The notes: generated by a model not told the origin, from the letters alone. A stretch of DNA of 64,000 nucleotides from Dehalococcoidia bacterium (GCA_963555985.3 OY820591.1:1248001-1312000), one strand, 5' to 3'; counted from the first letter of the stretch, positions 18,119 through 27,105 are shown. A program made the numbers and translations.

Positions 18119-19843
18119 ATGAGCGGGACGGTTCTCTATCGCAAGTGGCGTCCGGCTGACTTTGACGAGGTGGTTGGTCAGGAGCCGGTGGTGCGGACGC
18201 TGCGGAACGCGGTGGCTCAGGACAAGATCGCTCATGCGTATCTGTTCTGCGGTCCGCGGGGTACGGGGAAGACGACGACGGCGCGAATTTTGGCGCGGGC
18301 GATCAATGGGCGGACGATCAGCAGCGGCGGGGGCGCTTTGGATGGGAGCGAGGAGGACTTGGGCTTTGATTTGGTCGAGATCGACGCGGCGAGCAATCGC
18401 GGGATTGACGATATTCGGGAGTTGCGGGAGCGGGCGAACTATCAGCCGGGCTCGGCGCGGTTCAAGGTGTATCTGATTGACGAGGTGCATCAGCTGACGA
18501 GCGCGGCCAACGACGCGCTCTTGAAGACGTTGGAAGAGCCGCCGCCGCATGTGGTCTTCATTCTGGCGACCACGGATCCGGAGGAGTTGAAGCCGACGAT
18601 CTTGAGTCGTTGCCAGCGGTTTGATTTTCGGCGGGTGTCGGTTGAGGATATGGTGGCGCGGTTGCGGGCGATTGCGGAGTCGGAAGGGATTGGGATCCCA
18701 GATGAGGCGCTGCGGCTGATTTCGCGGGAGGCGACGGGTTCGCTGCGCGATGCGGTGAATCTGCTGGATCAGGTGTGGACGACGTGCGGCGATGAGGTGT
18801 CGCTGGAGGCGGCGCAGGAGGCGCTGGGGCTGAGTCCCGATGCGCGGGCGCTGGAGTTGGTTGGGGCGGCGCTCAAGCGGGACTTGGCTGCGGGTCTGTC
18901 GGTGATTGGGGCGGTGCAGTCGGACGCGATTGATTTCCAGCGCTTCAAGAAGCAGGTGGTGACGCATTTGCGGCATGTACTGCTGACGCTGACCGGGGCG
19001 GCGGGAACGCTGTCGCTGTCCGAGCCGGAGGAGGAGCGTCTGCGCTCGGTCTGTGCGGGCGTGGAGGCTCCGGCGGCGGTGGCGGCGTTGCGAGCGTTTT
19101 CCGATGCCGATGTGCGGCGGGATCCTTATCAGCCGCTGCCGTTGGAGTTGGCGCTGGCGAACATTGTCTATGGGCCGGCTCAGAGTCAGGCGGTGGCCGC
19201 GCCGCAGAGTGCGCCTGCGCCTGCGCAGCAGCGGCAGGGGCAAGCGTCGCGTCAGCGCCGTTCCGAGCCGCAGCGGTCGGGTCAGCAGCGCCGCTCGAGC
19301 GAGCAGTCTCGCCGGCGGGAGCCGGCTCCGGCTGCTCCGCAGCGCCCGCCGGAACCGGCTCAGCGTCCGCGTGCCGAGGCGCAGCCTGCTGCGAATCTGA
19401 GCGATGCCGAGCGTCTGCTTGATGCGTTGCGCGCTGCGCTGCGCCGCCGCAACCAGGGACTCGTGGCGACGATGCTCAACGGATCGTGCCGCGTGGTCGA
19501 GCAGACGGACGATGGGCTCGTGTTGGGCTTTTTCCCGAACTATCAGCAGGTACACATGCAGAGAGTGGTGGATGCGGGCGCGGATGTCTCAGCGGCGGCG
19601 TCGGAGGTGTTGCAGCGTCGTGTGACGGTGCGCTGCGTCGCTGTGGACGGCTCTGAGCCAAGTGCGAGGAGTGATTCGCCTGCTCCTGCTCCTGCTTCGG
19701 TACCTAGTCCTCCAGCCTCCGGCGCGAATGGGAATGGGGCGCGCGGGTCGGCGGCGGAGTCCGCTGCTCCGAAGCCTCCGCCGGGCAGCGCGATGGTGCG
19801 GGAGGCGAAGCGACGCTTTGGGGCGGAGGCGGTCAAGGCGTAG
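18119..19843 (+). CDS. dnaX: DNA polymerase III subunit gamma/tau
   Basis: LYRKWRP..F.EVVGQ, Walker A GPRGTGKTT, EIDAASN, IDEVH and SRC motifs; followed by ybaB-recR. Confidence 0.95.
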   Translation: MSGTVLYRKWRPADFDEVVGQEPVVRTLRNAVAQDKIAHAYLFCGPRGTGKTTTARILARAINGRTISSGGGALDGSEEDLGFDLVEIDAASNRGIDDIRELRERANYQPGSARFKVYLIDEVHQLTSAANDALLKTLEEPPPHVVFILATTDPEELKPTILSRCQRFDFRRVSVEDMVARLRAIAESEGIGIPDEALRLISREATGSLRDAVNLLDQVWTTCGDEVSLEAAQEALGLSPDARALELVGAALKRDLAAGLSVIGAVQSDAIDFQRFKKQVVTHLRHVLLTLTGAAGTLSLSEPEEERLRSVCAGVEAPAAVAALRAFSDADVRRDPYQPLPLELALANIVYGPAQSQAVAAPQSAPAPAQQRQGQASRQRRSEPQRSGQQRRSSEQSRRREPAPAAPQRPPEPAQRPRAEAQPAANLSDAERLLDALRAALRRRNQGLVATMLNGSCRVVEQTDDGLVLGFFPNYQQVHMQRVVDAGADVSAAASEVLQRRVTVRCVAVDGSEPSARSDSPAPAPASVPSPPASGANGNGARGSAAESAAPKPPPGSAMVREAKRRFGAEAVKA

Positions 19844-19876
19844 GGGCTTTTCGCATGAGTGGTCTCTAGGCCCGGA

Positions 19877-19975
19877 CTCCGTCATTGCCGCGCTCCGCTG
19901 CGGCAATCTCGAGGTGCTGGCGACGACGGTGCTGGTCACGGCGAGATACCCGCGGCAAGCGCGGGTATGACGGAG
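19877..19975. repeat. Family B ~100-bp REP-doublet (REPIN/BIME-like) element
   Basis: Terminal inverted repeat CTCCGTCAT...ATGACGGAG enclosing two hairpins and the linker GACGACGGTGC. Confidence 0.88.
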
Positions 19976-20064
19976 AGGGGAACGGGAACGACGGAGACGG
20001 ATTTTGGGGCAGTCTTCGAGGAACAGTGGCGATAGACTGAGCTCACAGGAAATGGAGGGGGACG

Positions 20065-20454
20065 ATGGCGAAGAAGGGTGGGATGTTTCGGCCTTCGCGG
20101 CGCGGGGCGCGGGGGCAGGGGATGCGCGGACAGGGTGCGGCGGCAGCCGGCGGGTTTAGCCCGGACATGCTCAAGCGGGCGCAGGAGTTGCAAAGCCAGC
20201 TGGCGCAAGCGCAGGATGACCTCAAGGAGGCAACGGTGACCGCTTCGGTCGGCGGGGGCGTGGTTTCGGTCACGCTGGGCGGCGATCACAAGCTGCGCGA
20301 AGTCACGATTGATCCCGATGTGGTCGATCCGGAGGACACGGAGATGCTGCAAGACCTGCTGGTGGCGGCGGTGAACGAGGCGCAGGATCAGCTTGAGGCG
20401 TTGCAGCAGGAACGGATGTCGGGTCTGACCGCCGGTATTCCGGGGCTGGAATAG
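20065..20454 (+). CDS. ybaB: Nucleoid-associated protein YbaB/EbfC
   Basis: GGGVVSVT, IDPDVVDPEDTEMLQDLLVAAVNEA; dnaX-ybaB-recR synteny. Confidence 0.95.
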   Translation: MAKKGGMFRPSRRGARGQGMRGQGAAAAGGFSPDMLKRAQELQSQLAQAQDDLKEATVTASVGGGVVSVTLGGDHKLREVTIDPDVVDPEDTEMLQDLLVAAVNEAQDQLEALQQERMSGLTAGIPGLE

Positions 20455-20480
20455 CGCGCGAACGCGAGGACGGTTCCGTC

Positions 20481-21110
20481 ATGCAGCGCTCGCCTGCCAC
20501 CGCTCCCACGATTGCGCGTCTGATCGAAGCCTTCGCTCGCTTGCCCGGGATCGGTCCCAAGAGCGCGCAGCGGCTCGCGTATCACGTCCTGCGCGCGCCT
20601 CGGCGGGAGGCGGAGTCGTTGGCCGAGGCCCTGCTTGCGGTCAAGGACAGTACGCGGTTCTGCCAGGTTTGCCAGAACATCACCGATGCCGATCCTTGCG
20701 CGATCTGCGATGATCCGCAGCGCAGCAACGACACGATCTGCGTGGTGCAGGAGCCGCTGGATGTGGCCGCGATCGAGCGCGCCGGCGTGCATCGGGGCCG
20801 CTATCACGTCTTGCACGGGGCAATCAGCCCGATGGACGGGATTGGTCCGGAAGACCTGAAAGTGCGAGAGCTCTTGGAGCGCTTGGGCGACCACTCGGTG
20901 AGCGAAGTGATTTTGGCGACCAATCCCAATCTGGAGGGTGAAGCGACGGCCGGCTATCTGTCGCGGGTGATTGGCGCGATGGGCGTGCGCATTACCAGGA
21001 TCGCACATGGTCTGCCGCTGGGCGCCGATGTCGAGTATGCAGACGAACGCACACTGCGGGAGGCGCTCACTCATCGCGTGCGGATCGATGACTCGGCGGG
21101 AGCTGACTGA
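20481..21110 (+). CDS. recR: Recombination mediator RecR
   Basis: LPGIGPKSAQR HhH, C4 zinc finger, Toprim EVILATNPNLEGEATA. Confidence 0.96.
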   Translation: MQRSPATAPTIARLIEAFARLPGIGPKSAQRLAYHVLRAPRREAESLAEALLAVKDSTRFCQVCQNITDADPCAICDDPQRSNDTICVVQEPLDVAAIERAGVHRGRYHVLHGAISPMDGIGPEDLKVRELLERLGDHSVSEVILATNPNLEGEATAGYLSRVIGAMGVRITRIAHGLPLGADVEYADERTLREALTHRVRIDDSAGAD

Positions 21111-21919
21111 TGCCGAACCCTCGGCTGGTGCGAACGGAAGCGATCGTGCTGCGGCAGCGGCCGATCGGCGATGCGGACAAGGTTTGCGTGCTGTTGTCGC
21201 CGAGCAGAGGCCGGATCGAGGCGGTGGCGAAAGGCGTGCGCAAGCCCACGAGCCGATTGGCCGGGCATGTCGCCCCCTTGAGCCGAGGGATGTTCGCGAT
21301 CGCGCCGACGCGCTCGCTCGACATCATTACGCAGGCGCAAACGCTGGACGCTTGGCCCGCGCTGCATGACGAGATTGATCGGTTGACAGAAGCGGTTGCG
21401 ATTGCGGAGCTGGTTGATCGCACGACTGAGGCAGAGCACAGCGCCGGTCAGCTGTACGCCCTGCTGCGGCACTCGTTCGAGCAGTTGTCGCAATTGTCTT
21501 CGCCGCGCTCGGTGCGTTGGTGGTTCACGCTGCGCTTTCTCGACGTGCAGGGATACCGGCCCGAGTTGGACGAATGCGTGCGTTGCCGCGCGACGGTCGG
21601 CCCTGACGGGAATGGATTCGCGGCGAACGACGGCGGTGTGGTCTGTCCGGGCTGTCATCGCGCGGGGGCCGGGGCGGCGCTGTCGTCGCCGGTGTTTCGC
21701 TTGCTACGCTACATGCGTCGGTCGTCGTGCGAGGCGACAGCGCAGGTGCGGGTCGGCGCGGAGTCGTCGGCGGAGTTGGAGCGCCACCTGCGTCTGTTGG
21801 TTGAGCAGGCGCTGGACGGACGGCTGCGTTCGCGCGGATTCGCGGAGGCGATGGCGCGGGCGGAATCGGTCGGTCGCAGCGCCGTGAAGCGAGAGGAATC
21901 GGATCGTGCCGCTGTATGA
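21110..21919 (+). CDS. recO: DNA repair protein RecO
   Basis: TEAIVLR....DADK, AKGVRKPTSRL.G and zinc finger CVRC...CPGC. Confidence 0.92.
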   Translation: MPNPRLVRTEAIVLRQRPIGDADKVCVLLSPSRGRIEAVAKGVRKPTSRLAGHVAPLSRGMFAIAPTRSLDIITQAQTLDAWPALHDEIDRLTEAVAIAELVDRTTEAEHSAGQLYALLRHSFEQLSQLSSPRSVRWWFTLRFLDVQGYRPELDECVRCRATVGPDGNGFAANDGGVVCPGCHRAGAGAALSSPVFRLLRYMRRSSCEATAQVRVGAESSAELERHLRLLVEQALDGRLRSRGFAEAMARAESVGRSAVKREESDRAAV

Positions 21920-22349
21920 GTATCTGTGTGAAGACTGCGCGGGCATTTTTGAGGTCGTGCGGCCGATTCGGGAGGCGCCGGAACCGCAGCCGTGCCCGGA
22001 GTGCGACGAAGAGTGCGAACGGGTGATGCCGTCGTCGTTCTCGGCGTTCATCATGCGGCAGGGCTATCCGCGCCGGATTCCCGATAAGGGGACGTACTGG
22101 CATCTGGGCCAAGAGGTCACGTATCTGCCCAAGAAGGCGCGTCCGTATGAGCATCCGCAGGTGACCAAGCGGCGCGAACAGGAACCGCTGGGCAAGCAGG
22201 ACTATCAGGATCTGGTGGACAAGAAGATCCACGAGCGTCGGCTGGCGCGTGAAGATCGGCGCAAGGAGCGGGAGATCAAGAGGGATCGGTTGGCGCGGAA
22301 GCAGGTGAACGAGTTCAAGCCGCAGCCGCAGCCGACCAAGCGGGACTAG
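21906..22349 (+). CDS. FmdB-family zinc-ribbon protein with a basic C-terminal extension
   Basis: MPLYEYLCEDC...FE...CPEC. Confidence 0.82.
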   Translation: MPLYEYLCEDCAGIFEVVRPIREAPEPQPCPECDEECERVMPSSFSAFIMRQGYPRRIPDKGTYWHLGQEVTYLPKKARPYEHPQVTKRREQEPLGKQDYQDLVDKKIHERRLAREDRRKEREIKRDRLARKQVNEFKPQPQPTKRD

Positions 22350-22357
22350 CAGCGGGG

Positions 22358-22407
22358 GACCCTCAGCCCCGCATCAAGTGCGGGGCAGGCTCTCTCCCCA
22401 AGGAGAG
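22358..22407. repeat. Hairpin+CAGGCTC unit inside a CCCTC...CTCTCCCC..GGAGAG-type repeat
   Basis: GACCCTCAG-CCCCGCATCAAGTGCGGGG-CAGGCTC-TCTCCCCAAGGAGAG. Confidence 0.7.
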
Positions 22408-22425
22408 ACGCGCGTAAGTCCATTG

Positions 22426-22535
22426 TTCCGTCATTGCCGCGGCAATCTTGCGGTGTTCGCGACGACGGTGCAGATGACGGCGAGATATCCCACAGGACGG
22501 GGACAGGCTCCGCGGCAAGCGCGGGTATGACGGAG
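22426..22535. repeat. Family B REP-doublet element with a nested hairpin+CAGGCTC insertion
   Basis: Aligns to 19877-19975 but carries extra TCCCACAGGACGGGGACAGGCT between GAGATA and CCGCGG. Confidence 0.85.
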
Positions 22536-22571
22536 CTTGGATTTGACGCAGGTCTGCAAAGGGAGAGGGAG

Positions 22572-23552
22572 TCAGAAGTCGCGTTGGGTGATGAATTCGG
22601 CGATCTCGCCGAGCTCTGCGCGGGGGCCGCTTGCGGGGGCTTCGGCGAGTGCTTTGAGGCCTCGATCTCGCCACTCTCGGACGACGATCATGCAGCGTTC
22701 GACGATGGGTTCTTCGCGGGCGGCTTCGAGGGCGTCGGGGAGGCATTCGGCTCGGGCGTCGTCGTCGGGGGCGGCGAAGAACTTGGCGACGGGGTTGTTG
22801 TCGGGGTTGTCCTCCATCACGACGATGGCGGGGAGTGTGAGGGTACCGGCGGAGAGGTCGCCGCCGACGGGTTTGCCCAACTGCTCTTCGGTGCCGCAGA
22901 AATCGAGGATGTCGTCGACGATCTGGAAGGCCATGCCGACGCTGCGCCCGTACTCGCGGAGGGCGGCGATGGTGTCGGCGTCGCAGTCGGACATCATCGC
23001 GCCGCCGGCGCCGGCGGTGGCGAAGAGCGAGGCGGTCTTGCCGTAGATGCGGCGGTAGTAGTCGCGCATGGTGCCGGAGGCGGCGTCGAAGGCGGCGACG
23101 TCCTGGGCGAGTTCGCCTTTGGCCATGACCATCAGGGTGTCGGCGAAGAGTCGGATGACGCCGATGTGTCCAGTGCGGGCGACCAGTTCGGCGGCGTGGG
23201 CGAACATGTAGTCGCCGAGCATGACGGAGGCGGGATTGCCGAAGGTGGCATTGGCCGTGATCTGGCCGCGCCGAGTGTCGGCAGAGTCGATCACGTCGTC
23301 GTGGACGAGGGTGGCGGTGTGTAGGAGTTCGATCGAGGCGGCGAGCGGGATCTGCTTGTCGGGGTCGTAGTCGCCGAAGCCGCCGCAGAGGAGGGCGATG
23401 GCCGGGCGGAGTCGTTTGCCGCCTCGGGAGAGGACTTGGGTCAGCATCGCCTCGAGGGGGAGGAAGTCGGACTGGGCGACGAGGGAGAGGGTGTCTTCGA
23501 CGATGGCGAGATCGTCGGCGATGGGTTCGTAGAGTCGGGTGAGGGAGGTCAT
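22572..23552 (-). CDS. Polyprenyl diphosphate synthase
   Basis: GGKRLRP, ELLHTATLVHDDVID....RRG (FARM), KTA and FQIVDDILD (SARM). Confidence 0.95.
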   Translation of the reverse strand: MTSLTRLYEPIADDLAIVEDTLSLVAQSDFLPLEAMLTQVLSRGGKRLRPAIALLCGGFGDYDPDKQIPLAASIELLHTATLVHDDVIDSADTRRGQITANATFGNPASVMLGDYMFAHAAELVARTGHIGVIRLFADTLMVMAKGELAQDVAAFDAASGTMRDYYRRIYGKTASLFATAGAGGAMMSDCDADTIAALREYGRSVGMAFQIVDDILDFCGTEEQLGKPVGGDLSAGTLTLPAIVVMEDNPDNNPVAKFFAAPDDDARAECLPDALEAAREEPIVERCMIVVREWRDRGLKALAEAPASGPRAELGEIAEFITQRDF

Positions 23553-23604
23553 TGGGGATCAGGGTACTCTGGGCGTGTCTGTGGGGCATCGAAGGCGAGC
23601 GAGC

Positions 23605-24636
23605 ATGACGACCCCGAAACTCAGCCAACTCGAAGAGGTGGATGTCCGCGAGATCTGGCCCGACGAAGCTCGCGACTTCACGCCCTGGCTAGCCGAGAAT
23701 CTGCCGACGCTGAGTGAAGCGCTCGCGCTGCGACTGGAACTGATCGGAAGCGAAGAGAGCGTCGGCGACTTCTCCGCAGACATCGTGGCGGAGGTTGACC
23801 AAGGGTTCGTCGTCATCGAAAACCAGCTAGCGAAGACCGATCACGGACATCTTGGTCAACTACTGACATATGCGGCAGGCAAGGAAGCACGAGTTTTGAT
23901 CTGGGTAACGCCGGAAATCCGCGAAGAGCACAGAGCCGCATTGGAGTGGTTGAATCGATTCACGCTCGACGAGATCGCGGTGTTCGGTGTCGAGGTGCGA
24001 GCAGTCAGAATCGGTGACTCGGATCCCGCGCCAGAATTTCGGCCGATCGTTGCTCCGAATGGCTGGCAGAGGCGGCAACAACGTCAGCGCCGGGCGACCA
24101 GCACGTCGCAGACGGATTGGGCTGGCAGTTATGGGGACCTGTACCAGGGGTTCTTTCAGCCTGTGATTGACGCGTTGCGAGACAAGGACCTCACGGACAG
24201 ACGGCGCTCGTACCGTTATTACACGCAGCATTTCCCCTCTCAGTCCGGATTGCCGAATGTTGAGTATGCACTGGCATTTCTCCCGCGAGAAGGCGGACTG
24301 GCAAGTGTGCACGCCTTCATTCGAACGAAAGGAGGAGTCAACAGTGAAGTAGTGTACGAATCCTTGGTAGCCGACAAAGAGCAGATCGAGAGAGCCTTGG
24401 GAGGTACGTGGAGTTGGGAGCCACGAAGCAACTGGTGTGCGGTCAGGATGATCCGCCCAGGTCACATTGTGGAGTCCCCACCTGATGATCTGGCGAACAT
24501 TCGGGACTGGATGATTGATCTGCTCCCGAAGTTCATGTCCGAGATCGAGCCCAGGTTGAGGACCGTTGCTCGGCAGCTAGACGCGGAAGATGCGGTGGGC
24601 GTTGAGAGTGGTCTGGGTGATGATGGTGCTGATTGA
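23605..24636 (+). CDS. PD-(D/E)XK-like nuclease N-terminal domain with DUF4268-like C-terminal domain
   Basis: REIWPDEARDFTPWL, E..VGDFSADI, VVIENQL..TDHGHLGQLLTYAAG; less GC-rich than its neighbours. Confidence 0.75.
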   Translation: MTTPKLSQLEEVDVREIWPDEARDFTPWLAENLPTLSEALALRLELIGSEESVGDFSADIVAEVDQGFVVIENQLAKTDHGHLGQLLTYAAGKEARVLIWVTPEIREEHRAALEWLNRFTLDEIAVFGVEVRAVRIGDSDPAPEFRPIVAPNGWQRRQQRQRRATSTSQTDWAGSYGDLYQGFFQPVIDALRDKDLTDRRRSYRYYTQHFPSQSGLPNVEYALAFLPREGGLASVHAFIRTKGGVNSEVVYESLVADKEQIERALGGTWSWEPRSNWCAVRMIRPGHIVESPPDDLANIRDWMIDLLPKFMSEIEPRLRTVARQLDAEDAVGVESGLGDDGAD

Positions 24637-25437
24637 TTCGCCTCGAACCTCGGCAATCTGCTCGGCCGTGTATCTGATGTTGGCGGGTTCGTTTCGTTTG
24701 CCCCGACGCGGCTGTGGACTCAAGTACGGGGCGTCCGTCTCCACGACGATCGCCTCCAACGGCAACGATGCTGCCGCTTCTCGGAGGGCTTCGTTCTTGG
24801 GATAGGTGATGGGGCCGGCGAAGGAGATTTGGAAGCCGAGGTTGTGGTAGCGGAGGGCGAGGTCGGCGTCTCCGGAGAAGCAGTGGATGACTCCGATTGG
24901 GTATTCGTGGGCCTGGGCGGACCCCCCTCTGTCCCCCGATCGAGTCGGGGGCAGGCTCCTACGGGGCATCTCCCCCCGCGGTGCGGGGGGAGAGTTGGAT
25001 CGAGCCCAATCCGCGAGCACCGCGTAGGTCTCTTCGTGGGCGTCTCTTGAGTGGATGACGACGGGGAGGTTGAGTTCGTCGGCGAGGGCGAGTTGGGCTT
25101 CGAAGGCTTTGTATTGGGCGTTGTGGGGGGAGAGGTTGCGGTAGAAATCGAGGCCGATTTCGCCGATGGCGACGACTTGCTCAGACTTGGCCCATTGTCG
25201 GAACTGGTCGGCGGTGGCTTCGTTCCAGTCCTTTGCGTCGTGGGGGTGGACTCCGAGGGTCGCCCAGACGTTGGGGTATTGTTCGGCGACGGCGAGCGCG
25301 TTGCGGCTGTCTTCGAGGGAACAGCCGATGGTGACGATTCGTTTCACGTCTGCTTCGGCTGCTCGCTCGAGGATGTCGGGCAGGTCGTTGCCGATCCAGG
25401 GATCGTGGAGGTGGGCGTGGGTGTCGAAGAGCGGCAT
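24577..25437 (-). CDS. tatD: TatD-family hydrolase with an in-frame palindromic insertion
   Basis: DTHAH, GVHPH, AIGEIGLD, IHSRDA, HCFSG and ETDAPYL..RGKRNEP; follows metG. Confidence 0.93.
   Translation of the reverse strand: MPLFDTHAHLHDPWIGNDLPDILERAAEADVKRIVTIGCSLEDSRNALAVAEQYPNVWATLGVHPHDAKDWNEATADQFRQWAKSEQVVAIGEIGLDFYRNLSPHNAQYKAFEAQLALADELNLPVVIHSRDAHEETYAVLADWARSNSPPAPRGEMPRRSLPPTRSGDRGGSAQAHEYPIGVIHCFSGDADLALRYHNLGFQISFAGPITYPKNEALREAAASLPLEAIVVETDAPYLSPQPRRGKRNEPANIRYTAEQIAEVRGESISTIITQTTLNAHRIFRV
24921..24994. repeat. Family A repeat carrying a nested 24-bp hairpin+CAGGCTC unit, inside tatD
   Basis: CCCCCCTCTGTCC[CCCGATCGAGTCGGGGGCAGGCTC]CTACGGGGCATCTCCCCCCGCGGTGCGGGGGGAGAG. Confidence 0.9.
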
Positions 25438-27105
25438 TTAGGTACCTAGGCGGGCTTCTTCTTCTTCGACGATGGAGGGGTCGAGTTTGCGGAAGAGGGG
25501 GGTGGGTTTCTGGATCGGGGTACCTGGACGGAGGGCGTGCATTTGCCAGCCGAGGTCGGCGATCTCGCCTTCGGCGTTGAGCATCTCGTGGAGGCGTTGG
25601 CAGCTGAAGGGGAGATAGGGAGCGAGCGCGGTGCGGAGGGCGGCGATTGTGCTGAGGGCGGTATAGAGGGAGCGTGCGGCGGCCTGGCGGTCGTTGCGGA
25701 CGGCGCGCCAGGGTTCGGTTTGGTCGAGGTAGCGGTTGGTCTCTTGGGCGAGGGCGAACGCCTGCTGGATGCCCTGGCGCAGGTGAACGGCTTCGATTGA
25801 CTGTCCGACTTGTTCGAGTCCGGATTGAGCGCGATCGAGCATTCGCGTGGCGTCGCGGTCTAGGGGGCCGGGTTCGGGTACCTGGCCGTCGAAGTGGCGG
25901 TTGATTAAGGAGAGCACGCGGTTGACGAGGTTGCCCCAGGTGGCGACCAGTTCGTCGTTGTTGCGACGCAGGAATTCGCCCCAGCTGAAGTCGCTGTCGG
26001 CGGTTTCGGGCATTTGGGCGGCGAGCGCGTAGCGGAGCGGGTCGGGGTCGTAGCGGGTGAGGTAGTCGTTGACCCAGACGGCCCAGCGCTGGGAGGTGCT
26101 GGCCTTGCTCCCGCTCATGGTGATGTACTGATTGGCGGGCACGTCATAGGGGAGGCTGTAGCCGCTCGCGCCGAGCAGGATGGCGGGCCAGATGATGGTG
26201 TGGAAGGGGACGTTGTCCTTGCCGATGAAGTTGTAGATGCGGGCGTCGTCGGACTGCCAGAAGTCGCGCCAGGCGTCGGGGTTGCCGTTGGTCTGCGCCC
26301 ACTCCACGGTTGCGGAGAGATAGCCGATCACGGCCTCGAACCAGACGTAGATGCGCTTGTCGTCCCAGCCGTCGAGCGGGACGGGGACGCCCCAGTCGAT
26401 GTCGCGGGTGATGGCGCGGTCTTGCAGACCCTCGCGCAGCATCCCGCGCGAGAAGTTGATCACGTGCGTGCGCCAGAAGTCCTTGCCGTCGTCAAGCCAC
26501 TCACGCAGCGGCTCTTCAAAGGCGGTGAGGCGCAGGAAGTAGTGCTCGCTCGAACGCAGTTCGGGCGTTGCGCCGGTGTTGCGCGAGCGTGGGTTGATCA
26601 GGTCTACGGCGTCAAGCTGGCGGCCGCAGGCGTCGCACTGGTCGCCGCGCGCCTTGGGGTCGTGGCAATGGGGGCATTCACCCTCGATGTAGCGGTCCGG
26701 GAGGAACCGCCTTGCGGCGGGGTCGTAGAAGAGGTCCTGAGTTTGGACGTAGAGGTAGTCGTGCTCGAGGAGGGCGTTGAAGAGACCGTGGGCGACATCG
26801 CGGTGGTTGTCGGTCATGGTCGTGGTGAAGGTGTCGAAGGAGATGCCCATGCCTTGCCAGGTGTCGAGGATGGACTGGTGGTACTGCTCGACGACTTCCA
26901 AGGGGGTGCGGTTCTCGTCCTCGGCGCGGACGGTGATCGGAGTGCCGTGCGCATCGGAGCCGGAGACCATGGCGACGCGGTTGCCGCGGATGCGGTGATA
27001 GCGGGCGAAGATGTCGGCGGGCAGGTAGGCGCCGCCGAGTTGTCCGTGGTGGATGGGGCCGTTGGCGTAGGGCCAGGCGACGCAGACGAGGATGTTTTCA
27101 GTCAC
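25438..27105 (-). CDS. metG: Methionine--tRNA ligase (no C-terminal Trbp111 domain)
   Basis: AWPYANG, SGSDAHG, zinc knuckle CPHC..RGDQCDAC, ITRDIDWG, YVWFEA and FIGKDN..FH. Confidence 0.96.
   Translation of the reverse strand: MTENILVCVAWPYANGPIHHGQLGGAYLPADIFARYHRIRGNRVAMVSGSDAHGTPITVRAEDENRTPLEVVEQYHQSILDTWQGMGISFDTFTTTMTDNHRDVAHGLFNALLEHDYLYVQTQDLFYDPAARRFLPDRYIEGECPHCHDPKARGDQCDACGRQLDAVDLINPRSRNTGATPELRSSEHYFLRLTAFEEPLREWLDDGKDFWRTHVINFSRGMLREGLQDRAITRDIDWGVPVPLDGWDDKRIYVWFEAVIGYLSATVEWAQTNGNPDAWRDFWQSDDARIYNFIGKDNVPFHTIIWPAILLGASGYSLPYDVPANQYITMSGSKASTSQRWAVWVNDYLTRYDPDPLRYALAAQMPETADSDFSWGEFLRRNNDELVATWGNLVNRVLSLINRHFDGQVPEPGPLDRDATRMLDRAQSGLEQVGQSIEAVHLRQGIQQAFALAQETNRYLDQTEPWRAVRNDRQAAARSLYTALSTIAALRTALAPYLPFSCQRLHEMLNAEGEIADLGWQMHALRPGTPIQKPTPLFRKLDPSIVEEEEARLGT

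Noticed and set aside
18119-19843. Programmed -1 frameshift in dnaX
   Set aside because: No A AAA AAG or poly-A slippery site; the frame is continuous.
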